DNA from: Coriobacteriia bacterium
Lineage (GTDB): Bacteria; Actinomycetota; Coriobacteriia; Coriobacteriales; UMGS124
Length of the DNA: 64,000 nucleotides
Reading direction: 5' to 3'
Assembly (NCBI GenBank): GCA_018368455.1
Contig: JAGZEG010000004.1
Coordinates: 19,617-83,616 of the forward strand
This document shows positions 38,653-47,376 of this stretch, one piece after another. The notes beneath the pieces were generated by a model. That model saw only the letters and a program-made list of their open reading frames with translations. It did no database searches and was not told where the DNA came from. Position numbers and translations under genes: made by a program. Numbering within the stretch: position 1 is the stretch's first letter; every line of letters starts with the position of its first letter.

Positions 38653-40293
38653 TTACGCCAGCTTGATGGCGGCGAACTGCGAGAACTCGGGGATGATCGG
38701 CGAGGCGTCCAGGCCGCTGACGTCCTTGCGCGACACCATGACGTAGTTCGTGTACGTCAGCGGGTACTCCCAGCACTCATCGAGGTAGCGCTGCTGGATC
38801 TCCTTCCACTGATCCTTGCGCGCCGCCTGGTCGGGGTTGGAGTTGGCGGCCTTGGTGAGCTCGCCCAGCTCATCGGAGAAGCCGGTCATGAAACGCGACG
38901 TGCCCGACGTGAGGTAGTTGTAGGCCTGGCGCGAGCTGATGCCGCGCTCGGAATCCCAGCCGTTGGAGCCCAGGTCCCACGTGTTGCCCTGGTCGGTGCC
39001 GTACGCGCCGTAGAAGAAGCGGTTGAAGAACGTTGTGGAGTCGAGGCCCTCGATGCTGAGGTTGACGCCGATGGCCTGGAGCTGCTGCTGCACGACGACA
39101 GCGACCTGCTCCATGTTCGGGCGGTCGGCGTTGAAGATGTACGTGAGCGTCTGACCGGCCAGGCCGCTGGACTCGGCGAGCTGCTTTGCCTGCTCGATGT
39201 CCTGCGTATAGCCGGGGCACTCCGGGTCGTAGTCGTACTGGTCGGGTGTCAGCGGGCTGTTGGCTGGCGTGGCCAGCTTGTCGGTGCCGTAGGCGAAGTC
39301 GACGATCTCCTGGCCGTTGAGTGCGAGGAACAGGGCCTTGCGTGCGTCCTCGCCCAGCGTGGACATGACGGGCCCCTGGGGGTTGAGCTGCAGGTAGTTG
39401 AGGCGCGCCTCGGAGACGGAGTACAGTGTGTACGTGGCCTCGTCGGCGGCGTACTTCTCCAGGTCCTCGGCCGTCGTGACGCGCATGTAGCTGACCTCGC
39501 CGTTCTCAAAGGCGAGCTGCTTGGTGCTGCCCGAGCCGATCGTCTTGGCTACGAGCTTCTTAATGGAGAGCTCGCCGCCGTAGTAGTCGGCGCGCGGGGC
39601 GTAGACGATGCTGTCCTCGTTGATCTGCTCGACGGTGAATGCGCCGCTCGTCACCATGTCGGTCGTGAAGAAGTAGCCGGCGTTATCCGCGACCTTCGAG
39701 GGGTCGTTGTCAAAGGCGTGAGCGGGCAGCGGCGTCCAATTGCACATCGTGTAGATGTAGGTGACGTAGACGGAGGGCAGCACGACCTCAAGCGTCTTGT
39801 CGTCCTTCTTCGTGAACGTGACGTCCTCGCCGTTGACCTGTGTCGTGCTCGTCTTGCCGTCGTACTTCAGGCCGTTGTACTCGATCGTGAACAGAATGTC
39901 GTCGACGGTGATGGGCTCGCCATCGCTCCAGTTTGCGTTGTCGCGGATGTGGATCGTGTAGGTGAGGCCGTCCTCGGAAATCTCGACGCCATCAGCGAGG
40001 TGGTACTCGATCTTGTCGCCGTCGAGCTCCTGGAACAGGCACTCGTAGACGGGACGCACGACGATGGTCTGATCGTCGTTGCCGCCGGAGGAGGGCTGCA
40101 GCGAGGAGGGCATGAAGCTGATGGCCATCGTGAACGTGCCGTCGGACTCGTCGGCGCGTGCCACCTGTGGCGCGAGGCCGGCGGGCAGCACGGAGGCCAG
40201 GCCGAGGCCGAGTGTGGCGGCCAGCGTGCCCTTTACGAGCGAGCGGCGGGAGAGGGGAGTGGTGAGCAAAGGCTGCATGAGGAATCCTTTCAT
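38653..40293 (-). CDS. ABC transporter substrate-binding protein, family 5 (peptide type), Tat-type signal
   Basis: 'MKGFLMQPLLTTPLSRRSLVKGTLAATLGLGLASVLPAGLAPQVARA' followed by an SBP_bac_5-like body. The start is placed at 40293; the upstream part of the track ORF (to 40626) is the leader RNA region. Confidence 0.85.
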   Translation of the reverse strand: MKGFLMQPLLTTPLSRRSLVKGTLAATLGLGLASVLPAGLAPQVARADESDGTFTMAISFMPSSLQPSSGGNDDQTIVVRPVYECLFQELDGDKIEYHLADGVEISEDGLTYTIHIRDNANWSDGEPITVDDILFTIEYNGLKYDGKTSTTQVNGEDVTFTKKDDKTLEVVLPSVYVTYIYTMCNWTPLPAHAFDNDPSKVADNAGYFFTTDMVTSGAFTVEQINEDSIVYAPRADYYGGELSIKKLVAKTIGSGSTKQLAFENGEVSYMRVTTAEDLEKYAADEATYTLYSVSEARLNYLQLNPQGPVMSTLGEDARKALFLALNGQEIVDFAYGTDKLATPANSPLTPDQYDYDPECPGYTQDIEQAKQLAESSGLAGQTLTYIFNADRPNMEQVAVVVQQQLQAIGVNLSIEGLDSTTFFNRFFYGAYGTDQGNTWDLGSNGWDSERGISSRQAYNYLTSGTSRFMTGFSDELGELTKAANSNPDQAARKDQWKEIQQRYLDECWEYPLTYTNYVMVSRKDVSGLDASPIIPEFSQFAAIKLA

Positions 40294-40434
40294 GTGGGCT
40301 GGGCGACCCGTTGGGGCCGCAGGGAGGTTGAGTCGTGGCGTGCCCGAACCGGACGCGCGTGGCTGGTGCTCAGGGCGATGCCCCACGTGCGGCGGGAGCG
40401 CTTTTCCCTGCAGGCTGCCCTGGAATCGCGGCAT

Positions 40435-40645
40435 GAAAAAAGCCCTGGCCGTGGGCGCCCTCTGCGCTTCCACCTGCCAAGACCCTCGTTTGCTCTTCTG
40501 CTGCCACGCCTCTCGCCGCACGGGCGAGGATGGCTGTTCTGTTGGACCCGCGACCCTGCACACGGCAGGTCGTTGCACTACATGATCCCCGTATCCCCAT
40601 GTCTTCTCGCACCTCCCTTCCCTCATTCTTGGCTCGGATTCATCG
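40435..40645 (-). ncRNA. Structured 5' leader with intrinsic terminator (candidate riboswitch/attenuator), copy 1; paralog of 48819..49040
   Basis: RNA sense: ...UCAUGUAG-UGCA-ACGACCUGCCGUGUGCAGGG-U-CGCGGGU...CAGAAGAG...GCAGAGGGCGCCCACGGCCAGGGC-UUUUUU. A 40-nt block (40545-40584) is 35/40 identical to 48891-48930. The terminator hairpin is at approx 40442-40486 and the U-run at 40436-40441. Confidence 0.5.
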
Positions 40646-40652
40646 CTGCGAC

Positions 40653-40681
40653 ATAGTGCCGATTGCCAGCTTGCTTGTCAA
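40653..40681 (-). promoter_or_regulatory. Sigma70-like promoter for leader 1 / peptide ABC operon
   Basis: Minus-strand TTGACA (40676-40681), 17 nt, CACTAT (40653-40658). It lies downstream of the stop of the desulfurase-family gene (40757). Confidence 0.45.
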
Positions 40682-40756
40682 GCTCGGACGTCGCGCCTCT
40701 GCTTGTCGAGTGCGGGCCGCTTCTTGCCCCAGAATCAGCCCGCACTCGATGAAGCT

Positions 40757-41908
40757 CTATCCTGCCAGCTCGCCCGTGATCTCGGTCATTGCGGCGATGC
40801 CAGCGTCGATCTCGTCTTCGGTGTTGAGGTGCGAGAAGCTGAAGCGCACGGCTCCCTGGCTCACGGTGCCCAGCGCGCGGTGCATGAGCGGCGCGCAGTG
40901 CGCTCCGGAGCGCGTGCAGATGCCGTAGTGCTCGGCCAGCAGGCTCGTGATGCGCCCCGAGTCCACCTCGCCCACGTTGAGCGCCACGACGCCCGTGCGC
41001 GCTACGCCGCCGTGACCGCCGTACACGCGCACGCCCGGCAGGTTCGCGACGCCGGTCTCGAAGCGCTCTGTGAGCTCGGCCACGCGTGCGGCCACGTGCT
41101 CCACGCCGACGCGCTGCAGGTAGTCGATGCCGGCTGCGAGTCCCGCCAGTCCGTGCGCGTTGAGCGTGCCGGCCTCGAGGCTCTCAGGCATCGCAAGCGG
41201 CTGACGCTCGTCGTAGCTGTGCACGCCGGTGCCGCCCTCGAGCAGTGGGCGCACCTCGACGCCTTCCGCCACGCAGAGCCCGCCTGTGCCCTGCGGCCCC
41301 AGCAGACTCTTATGTCCGGTGAAGCACAGCACGTCGACGCCGAGGGCAGCCATGTCGACGGGCAGGGCGCCGGCCGTCTGCGCCGCGTCGAGCACGAACA
41401 GCGCCCCGACCTCGTGGGCCATGTTCGCCATACGCGCCACGTCGTACACGTCGCCCGTGAGGTTGGAGGCGTGCGTCGCCACGACGAGGCGCGGCCGTCC
41501 GGTGCGCAGCAGCTCGCCATAGGCGTCGAAGTCGAGCGAGGCATCGGGGCGGATGGGCGCTACGTCCACGGCGCAGCCTCGCTCGTCGCGCGCGCGGAAC
41601 AGCGGGCGCAGCACCGAGTTGTGGGAGGCAGCCGTTGTGAGCGCCCGGTCGCCGTCGCGCAGCAGGCCCGCGATGGCGACGTTGAGCGCTTCGGTGACGT
41701 TGTAGCCAAAGGCCACGCGCGAGGGGGAGGGGGCGCCCAGCAGCTCGGCAACCTTGCGCCGCGCGTCAAACACCGCCATGTCGGCCGAGATGGCGGCGTC
41801 GTGCGCCCCGCGCCCCACGTTGCCAAACGTCGTGAGCGCGCGCACGACGGCGTCGACGACCTCCTGCGGGCGGGCCATGGCCGTGGCGGCGTTGTCGAAG
41901 TAGATCAT
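40757..41908 (-). CDS. Class V aminotransferase-fold, cysteine desulfurase family protein (NifS/SufS-like)
   Basis: 'MIYFDNAATA', 'ATHASNLTG', PLP-lysine region 'FTGHKSLLGPQGTGGL', and active-site Cys loop 'TRSGAHCAP'. Confidence 0.85.
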   Translation of the reverse strand: MIYFDNAATAMARPQEVVDAVVRALTTFGNVGRGAHDAAISADMAVFDARRKVAELLGAPSPSRVAFGYNVTEALNVAIAGLLRDGDRALTTAASHNSVLRPLFRARDERGCAVDVAPIRPDASLDFDAYGELLRTGRPRLVVATHASNLTGDVYDVARMANMAHEVGALFVLDAAQTAGALPVDMAALGVDVLCFTGHKSLLGPQGTGGLCVAEGVEVRPLLEGGTGVHSYDERQPLAMPESLEAGTLNAHGLAGLAAGIDYLQRVGVEHVAARVAELTERFETGVANLPGVRVYGGHGGVARTGVVALNVGEVDSGRITSLLAEHYGICTRSGAHCAPLMHRALGTVSQGAVRFSFSHLNTEDEIDAGIAAMTEITGELAG

Positions 41909-41989
41909 GGGACGGGTATCCTCTCGGGATTATGTGGCACGGACGCTCGTGCGGGCGGGCCGCGCGGACAAGGTGGGACGGCCGGTGGC

Positions 41990-42226
41990 TTACAGCTCGA
42001 TGTCGAACACGCCCTCGTGGGTGATGCCGTGTGTTTCAAGCGCTCTTACGACGACGTCGCGCTCGGCGGCCTCGGCGCGCCACGCGAGCCCACAGCCTGC
42101 GGAGATGGCCGACGGAATCGGGATGAGCCGCCCGGGGATGCCCAGGCGCTTGGCCGCGTCCTCCATCCCGCATGCATCCGGCGTATTCGCAAACGTGACC
42201 ACGACGCACGGCCGCTTTTCGAGCAT
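41990..42226 (-). CDS. DUF3343-domain protein (putative sulfur/selenium carrier-like)
   Basis: 78 aa. 'VVTFANTPDACGMEDAAKRLGIPGRLIPIPSAISAGCGLAW' matches the DUF3343 pattern (beta-alpha fold with 'IP.P..IS..CG'). RBS 'gaaggagag'. It lies directly upstream of the desulfurase-family gene. Confidence 0.7.
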   Translation of the reverse strand: MLEKRPCVVVTFANTPDACGMEDAAKRLGIPGRLIPIPSAISAGCGLAWRAEAAERDVVVRALETHGITHEGVFDIEL

Positions 42227-42282
42227 GGAACTCTCCTTCGTTAACGTCGCGAGCCGCTCGGGCCGGTGTGCCGTAAATATAC

Positions 42283-42358
42283 GGCAATCTGCTCTAGCGC
42301 CCTACGGTGCAGCAGATGCAAGGCGCGCCGAGGCGAAGCGTATTCGACATACGTGAGC
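42283..42358 (-). repeat. Copy of a dispersed approx 75-nt hairpin plus GCGCCTTGCATCTG repeat (see 62900..63080)
   Basis: The minus-strand sequence ACGTATgtcgaATACGc-ttcgcctcg-GCGCGCCTTGCATCTGctGCAC aligns with CGCGTATttcaATACGCG-tcgggccgcg-GCGCCTTGCATCTGacGCAC at 62902-62948. It lies in the 168-nt gap between the double-cubane reductase gene and the DUF3343 gene. Confidence 0.45.
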
Positions 42359-42394
42359 CGAAGCGCAACGCCGCAGATGATGTGCCGTAGGCCG

Positions 42395-43597
42395 CTAGAG
42401 CGTCTCGATAAAGGCGGCGATGCGCGTCTCGATTTGCCCCGAGTCGCCCATGGAGTAGTCGGTCTCGAGCTTCATGTACGGGACGCCGTGCTCCTCCATG
42501 ACGCGGCCCATGCGCGCGGCCTCGATGTTGAACGTGTGGCATGCCTGCAGCACGGCATCGATGACGCCGTCGACATGGTACTTCTCCACCATGGCCAGCG
42601 TGTTCTCCATGCGGCCCTCGTTGGGCGTCATGACGGAGCAGTTGATGTTCAGGTAGCGCTCTGCGATGGCGCGCAGGATGTCGGGCGCCTCTTCGTCGAC
42701 GAGCAGCTTGTTCGTGCGCTCGCCGGAGCAGTCGTCCAGGCAGACGATGACGCCGCCGTTGGCCTCGATGACCTTGCCCACCTTGTTGATGAGGCCGCCG
42801 GAGGGGCAGCCCGTCAGCAGGATGCGCTTTGCGCTGGGAGAGACCTCGCTTTTGCCCTCAGCAGCCTGTGCGGCACGCTGGTTGACGAGCTGCTCGACGC
42901 GGTCGGCGAAGTTGTGCACGTCGAAGTTGAACGACCCGGCTAGAAGCGAGCTCATCATCTCGGTGCCGCGCACGGCCGGCGGCTCAGAGGTCTGCAGGTT
43001 GTAGAGCTTGATGAGGGCGCGGCGCAGACGGTTGCGCGTGCGCGCGGCCTCGCGCAGGTCGTCATCGGTGATCGTGATTCCGTAGAAGTCCTCGAGATAC
43101 CCCTTGAACCGCTTGAGCTCCTCGTACCACTCGTCGTGCTCGTAGGAGCGCGAGCGCGAGTTGGGCAGGTGCAGCACGTACGTGTTCTTGAGATCACCGA
43201 GCAGCTCGTACATCTTCTTTTTGCCGTCGCACGTCGTCTCGCCCACGATCATGTCGGCGAAGTACGTATAGGGGCACTTCTCCGTAAGCGCGAAGCCGTA
43301 CGTCGACTTGATGAGCGGGCAGAGGTTCTTGGGCAGCACGGTCTCGGCGGCGGGAATCGTCTCGTCACTCATGCCGCACAGGCCGACGGCCGACACGTGG
43401 GCGGCGTCGAGGATCTCGAGCGGGGTGAACGAGCACAGCACGCCGGCAAGGCGCCCTCCGCTCTCCTTGAACTGCTTGACGCGCATGAAGCCGGCCTTGC
43501 GCTGCTCGTTGAACTCCTCGAACGTGCGGGGCAGCGGCTCAAGCTCCTCGGTTGAACTCTTCTGAACTTCGGGTTCAATGGTCGTTTCGGCGCTCAT
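42395..43597 (-). CDS. Double-cubane-cluster-containing anaerobic reductase (2-hydroxyacyl-CoA dehydratase/BcrBC-superfamily, YjiM-like)
   Basis: 400 aa. '[24 protein letters not shown]', '[11 protein letters not shown]', '[13 protein letters not shown]', 'LLTGCPSGG', '[10 protein letters not shown]' and '[11 protein letters not shown]' give the multi-Cys pattern of the single-subunit HgdB-like family. It is adjacent to its activase. Confidence 0.8.
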   Translation of the reverse strand: MSAETTIEPEVQKSSTEELEPLPRTFEEFNEQRKAGFMRVKQFKESGGRLAGVLCSFTPLEILDAAHVSAVGLCGMSDETIPAAETVLPKNLCPLIKSTYGFALTEKCPYTYFADMIVGETTCDGKKKMYELLGDLKNTYVLHLPNSRSRSYEHDEWYEELKRFKGYLEDFYGITITDDDLREAARTRNRLRRALIKLYNLQTSEPPAVRGTEMMSSLLAGSFNFDVHNFADRVEQLVNQRAAQAAEGKSEVSPSAKRILLTGCPSGGLINKVGKVIEANGGVIVCLDDCSGERTNKLLVDEEAPDILRAIAERYLNINCSVMTPNEGRMENTLAMVEKYHVDGVIDAVLQACHTFNIEAARMGRVMEEHGVPYMKLETDYSMGDSGQIETRIAAFIETL

Positions 43598-43678
43598 ATT
43601 GGCGTTCCCTCTCTTTTTTCCTATGGTTCGACGGGGTTGCGTGCCTGTTCAGCGCGTCCGGCCCCGCGTTCGTTTCTC

Positions 43679-44512
43679 TTACAGGTGGGCTGCCGAGATG
43701 GCTGCCCCGATGGCACCGGCATAGCGCGCTTGCGGGCGTGTCACCACCTCGTGACCGAGATGTGCGCCGAGCTGGGCGACAAAGTAATCGTTGTCGCACA
43801 GGCCGCCCGTCAGGAAGTACGAACCCGCCGCGTCGCCGCTGACCTGCCCTACGAGCGCGGCGACCTTCTTGACGACGCTGCCGATGATGCCGTTGGCGAT
43901 GTTCTCGCGCGGCTCTCCCTTGCCGACGAGCGAGATGACCTCGCTCTCGGCGAACACGGTGCACATCGTCGAGATCGTTGTGGGCTGGCCGGCGCGCGCA
44001 AGGCGTGACAGCTCCTCCTGGCTGACGCCGAGGCGGTTGGCCATGATCTCGAGGAAGCGCCCCGTGCCGGCAGCGCACTTATCGTTCATGACGAACTTCT
44101 TTACGTTGCCGCCGGCCAGGTGCATGACCTTCGTGTCCTGTCCGCCAACGTCGACAACGACGCCATCGGGCCCGAACAGATATGCCGCACCGCGCCCGTG
44201 GCACGTGATCTCCGTGATGGCCTTGTCGGCATAGGGCACGGCGATGCGGCCGTATCCCGTGGCGACGCATGCGAAGCTTCCCTTGGGATAGCCCGCCTCT
44301 TCGAGCATTCCCAGGGCCCGCTCGGCGGCATCGACGCTGCTGTACCCCGTGGGTGCGAGCAGCGTGCGCTCGAGTGCGAGCGAGCCGTCTTTCGCAGCGG
44401 TCCTCGCCGCCGCGGCTTCGTCTCCAGCGAAGGCCGTGACTGCCTCGGCAGGCAGTCCCATAACGGCGATCTTCGTTGCGGTCGAGCCGATGTCAACGCC
44501 TACGTAGTGCAT
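43679..44512 (-). CDS. BadF/BadG/BcrA/BcrD-type ATPase: acyl-CoA dehydratase/double-cubane reductase activase (YjiL-like)
   Basis: 'MHYVGVDIGSTATKIAVMG' (ASKHA phosphate-1), 'VVVDVGGQDTKV', and the cluster-bridging Cys motif 'NDKCAAGTGRFLE'. Confidence 0.85.
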   Translation of the reverse strand: MHYVGVDIGSTATKIAVMGLPAEAVTAFAGDEAAAARTAAKDGSLALERTLLAPTGYSSVDAAERALGMLEEAGYPKGSFACVATGYGRIAVPYADKAITEITCHGRGAAYLFGPDGVVVDVGGQDTKVMHLAGGNVKKFVMNDKCAAGTGRFLEIMANRLGVSQEELSRLARAGQPTTISTMCTVFAESEVISLVGKGEPRENIANGIIGSVVKKVAALVGQVSGDAAGSYFLTGGLCDNDYFVAQLGAHLGHEVVTRPQARYAGAIGAAISAAHL

Positions 44513-44557
44513 GGTTCTCCTTGCTGTTCTCCCCCTGGGCGTTCGCGCGCGCCTGTC

Positions 44558-45775
44558 CTACAGCGTATGCACTGCCACCGTGAGCCGGTCGAGCGCCTCG
44601 CGCAGCACATCCGTGGGGCAGGCGATGTTTATGCGTTCGAAGCCGGCGCCGCCCGTTCCGAACGCGGCGCCTTCGTCTCCGAACAGGTGCGCCCTCGTGT
44701 GCAGGAATGTTTTGAGCGTGTCTGCGTCCATGTCGAAAGCGCGCATGTCAAGCCACTGCAGGTACGTCCCTTCAAGCGGCATGACCTTGATCTGGGGTAG
44801 CTCGCGTGCCACATAGTCTTCGACAAAGCGGCGGTTGCCGTCGAGCACCTCGAGCAGCTCGTCGAGCCAGTTCTCGCACTCGTTGTATGCGCAGGCGCAC
44901 ACCGGGTATGCAAACGCGTTGAGGCTGAACGGGCCGCCGCGCCTGAACCCGAGCCGCTTGAACTTTGTTCGTACTTCCTCATCGGGAATGAAGATGTTCG
45001 AGCACTCGAGCCCGGCTAGGTTGAACGTCTTGGACGGGGCGGTGCACACGGCGATGTGACCGAGTTCGTCGTCTGGAATGACGCGTGCCAGCGTCGTGTG
45101 CGTGTGTCCGGGCATGATCAGGTCGTTGTGGATCTCGTCGCAGACGATGAACACGCCGTGGGCCAGACAGATCTCGGCGCAGCGGCGCAGCTCGCCGGCC
45201 GTCCACACACGGCCGGCGGGGTTGTGCGGGCTGCACAGCAGGATCATCTTTGTCGCAGGGTCGGCGGCCTTGCGCTCAAGGTCGTCGAAGTCCATCTCGT
45301 AGTGGGCCTGCGGCGTGCCGTCGCCCACAAGCCGCAGCGGATTTTCGACAAGCGTGCGGCCGGCGCTTTGGACGGCGCTCTTGAACGGGAAGTAGACCGG
45401 CGGCTGAATGATGACGCCGTCGCCGGGCTCTGTCAGCGCCTCGACAAAGCGGTAGAGCGCCGGCACGACGCCCGGGCACGTCGCGATCCAGTCGCGCTCG
45501 GGCGCCCACTTGTGGCGGCGCTCCTGCCAGCCGATGACCGCTTCATAGTAGGCGTCAGTGGGTCCGGTGTAGCCGAGAATGGCCTCGTCGGCGATGCGAT
45601 GCAAACACGTGGCGATCTCGGGCTGCTTGACGAACTCCATGTCAGCTACGGACAGCGGCACGACGTCGGCAGGGACATCGGGGCAGTCTTTCAACATCCC
45701 GTCCCATTTGGACGAGCCAGTGCCGGCGCGATTGACGCGCGTCGTAAAGTCGTACCGCATAGCATTGCGTCCCAT
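44558..45775 (-). CDS. PLP-dependent C-S beta-lyase of the MalY/PatB family (cystathionine beta-lyase-like)
   Basis: 'YDFTTRVNRAGTGSSKWDG', 'LLCSPHNPAGRVW', 'VCDEIHNDL', PLP-Lys 'TAPSKTFNLAGL', 'GTGGAGFERINIA'. RBS 'aggagg'. 12 nt after the upstream permease. Confidence 0.85.
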   Translation of the reverse strand: MGRNAMRYDFTTRVNRAGTGSSKWDGMLKDCPDVPADVVPLSVADMEFVKQPEIATCLHRIADEAILGYTGPTDAYYEAVIGWQERRHKWAPERDWIATCPGVVPALYRFVEALTEPGDGVIIQPPVYFPFKSAVQSAGRTLVENPLRLVGDGTPQAHYEMDFDDLERKAADPATKMILLCSPHNPAGRVWTAGELRRCAEICLAHGVFIVCDEIHNDLIMPGHTHTTLARVIPDDELGHIAVCTAPSKTFNLAGLECSNIFIPDEEVRTKFKRLGFRRGGPFSLNAFAYPVCACAYNECENWLDELLEVLDGNRRFVEDYVARELPQIKVMPLEGTYLQWLDMRAFDMDADTLKTFLHTRAHLFGDEGAAFGTGGAGFERINIACPTDVLREALDRLTVAVHTL

Positions 45776-45787
45776 AAGGGGCGCCTC

Positions 45788-46504
45788 CTATCCTTTGCGA
45801 GGCTGCAGCGCCCGATATCGTCCAGCGCGCAGCTCGATGACGTGGAACACGCGGTTGAACGCGAAGCTCAGCACCTCGTAGATGATGGTGACGAGCAGGT
45901 AGGCTTCGAGGTAGGCGTAACTCTGGTTTGCCTCGAGCACGCTTGTCGCCATGATCTCGTGGACGCCGACGAAGTACGCCAGCGACGTGCCGTGCAACAG
46001 GCCCACGAACAGGCCGTTGAGGTTGGGCAGCGCCGCCACGATGGCCTGGGGCAGCACGATGCGCCTCATGGCTTGGCCGTGCGTCATGCCACACGCCAGC
46101 GCCGCCTCCATCTGCGTCGCGTCCACCGAGGCGATGGCCGAGCGCAGCACCTCGCACGAGTACGCCGCCTGGTTGAGCACGAACGTCAGCACGGCGAACA
46201 CGACGGGCGGCACCGCGGCGACGTTGGCCTCGATCCCGGCGGACAGCAGTGCGTTGTAGATGACGACCGGCATGAAGTAGTACATGACGTAGAGCAGCAC
46301 CACTTCGGGCACGGAGCGCATCATGGACACAAACACGGCGACGAGCTGGTTGAGGACGGGGATGCGCTTGAGCCGGGCCTGGGCGAGCGCGAAGCCGAGC
46401 AGCCAGCCGAGTGGGGCCGAGGCGAACACCATGGCCAGCGTCAGCGGCAGCGCGCTGAGGACCGCGGGGGCCGCTTGGAGCAGGAAATCGACGTCGAAGA
46501 TCAT
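45788..46504 (-). CDS. Amino-acid ABC transporter permease (His/Glu/Gln/Arg/opine family)
   Basis: Polytopic, with conserved loop 'EVLRSAIASVDATQMEAALACGMTHGQAMRRIVLPQA'. Confidence 0.85.
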   Translation of the reverse strand: MIFDVDFLLQAAPAVLSALPLTLAMVFASAPLGWLLGFALAQARLKRIPVLNQLVAVFVSMMRSVPEVVLLYVMYYFMPVVIYNALLSAGIEANVAAVPPVVFAVLTFVLNQAAYSCEVLRSAIASVDATQMEAALACGMTHGQAMRRIVLPQAIVAALPNLNGLFVGLLHGTSLAYFVGVHEIMATSVLEANQSYAYLEAYLLVTIIYEVLSFAFNRVFHVIELRAGRYRALQPRKG

Positions 46505-46517
46505 CGCGGCACCCCCC

Positions 46518-47225
46518 CTACGCCGTTGCCCGGCGACGCCCGCGCGTCGTCGTGCGCTCGAGGCCCATGAACGCGAGCATGAGCACGACGCACACCACCC
46601 AGTAGATGATGGCGACGGAGACGTAGAGCTCGAGGCGATAGGCGCCGTAGTTGGCGGCGGCTATGACGTTTGCGCGCCCCATCATGTCGATGACGCCGAT
46701 GGAGAACGCCAGTGACGTGCTCTTGAACAGCGAGATGACGAGGTTGCCGAACAGCGGGATGGCCGTGGCGACGGCCTGGGGCAGCACGATGCGGCGCACG
46801 GCCTGCGCCTGCGTCATGCCGCAGGCCAGGGCCGCCTCCGTCTGAACGCGCGGCACGGCGAGAAACGACGAGCGCATCATCTCGCCCATGTCGGCGCTGG
46901 CGATGAGCGAGAGCGCCGCCACGATGAAGTACACCTTGTTCGCCGCCGCGATGTCTATTCCCGCCGTCGCTTTGAGCACCTGCGGAAGCGCGAAGTACAG
47001 CAGGAATATCATCACGAGCGACGGGATGCCGCGCATGAGCGACACCCAGGTGCGAGCGATGACGTGCGCCCAGCGCTTCGAGCCGAGCTGCGCCATGGCG
47101 ACGAGCAAGCCAAGGGCCATGGCGATGAGCAGCGACGTCACCATGATGAGCAGCGTCAGGGGAAACGCTTGGAGCACCTTGAGTATGAACTCGGGGATTC
47201 TCTCCGGGAATACCAGGTAAGTCAT
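46518..47225 (-). CDS. Amino-acid ABC transporter permease (His/Glu/Gln/Arg/opine family)
   Basis: 'EMMRSSFLAVPRVQTEAALACGMTQAQAVRRIVLPQA'. The start is placed at 'MTYLVFPERIPEF' (47225); the track ORF extends to 47297. Confidence 0.85.
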   Translation of the reverse strand: MTYLVFPERIPEFILKVLQAFPLTLLIMVTSLLIAMALGLLVAMAQLGSKRWAHVIARTWVSLMRGIPSLVMIFLLYFALPQVLKATAGIDIAAANKVYFIVAALSLIASADMGEMMRSSFLAVPRVQTEAALACGMTQAQAVRRIVLPQAVATAIPLFGNLVISLFKSTSLAFSIGVIDMMGRANVIAAANYGAYRLELYVSVAIIYWVVCVVLMLAFMGLERTTTRGRRRATA

Positions 47226-47376
47226 CGCGTGCAGAACCTCTCGCTCTTCGGGGACGCTTGCGGGGCGGGCGTGTCGGGCGCGGCGCCGGCGGGACAATGG
47301 TACCGCGTGTTGGCGCCGCGCCCGAGGTGCTCAGGCAAACGGGGGCGAAGAAACCCGCTCGGGCGCCCCGGTGCTC

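Noticed and set aside
38653-40626. The full 657-aa track ORF as the binding-protein gene, and small ORFs 40370..40612 / 48745..49035 as conserved peptides ('TTCRVQGRG').
   Set aside because: The Tat signal peptide starts at 40293. The upstream in-frame region coincides with the promoter, leader and terminator. The peptide similarity between the two leader ORFs is explained by nucleotide-level conservation that includes a terminator hairpin and a U-run, which is more consistent with RNA function.
40435-40645. Classifying the paired leaders as T-box riboswitches. Copy 1 has GGUGGAAGCGC before the terminator and a UGC triplet in the variable block.
   Set aside because: Copy 2 has no UGGN-containing T-box core in the equivalent position. 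I could not identify a canonical Stem I (AG bulge, distal loop, GA/K-turn) in either copy. They are kept as an unclassified leader family instead.
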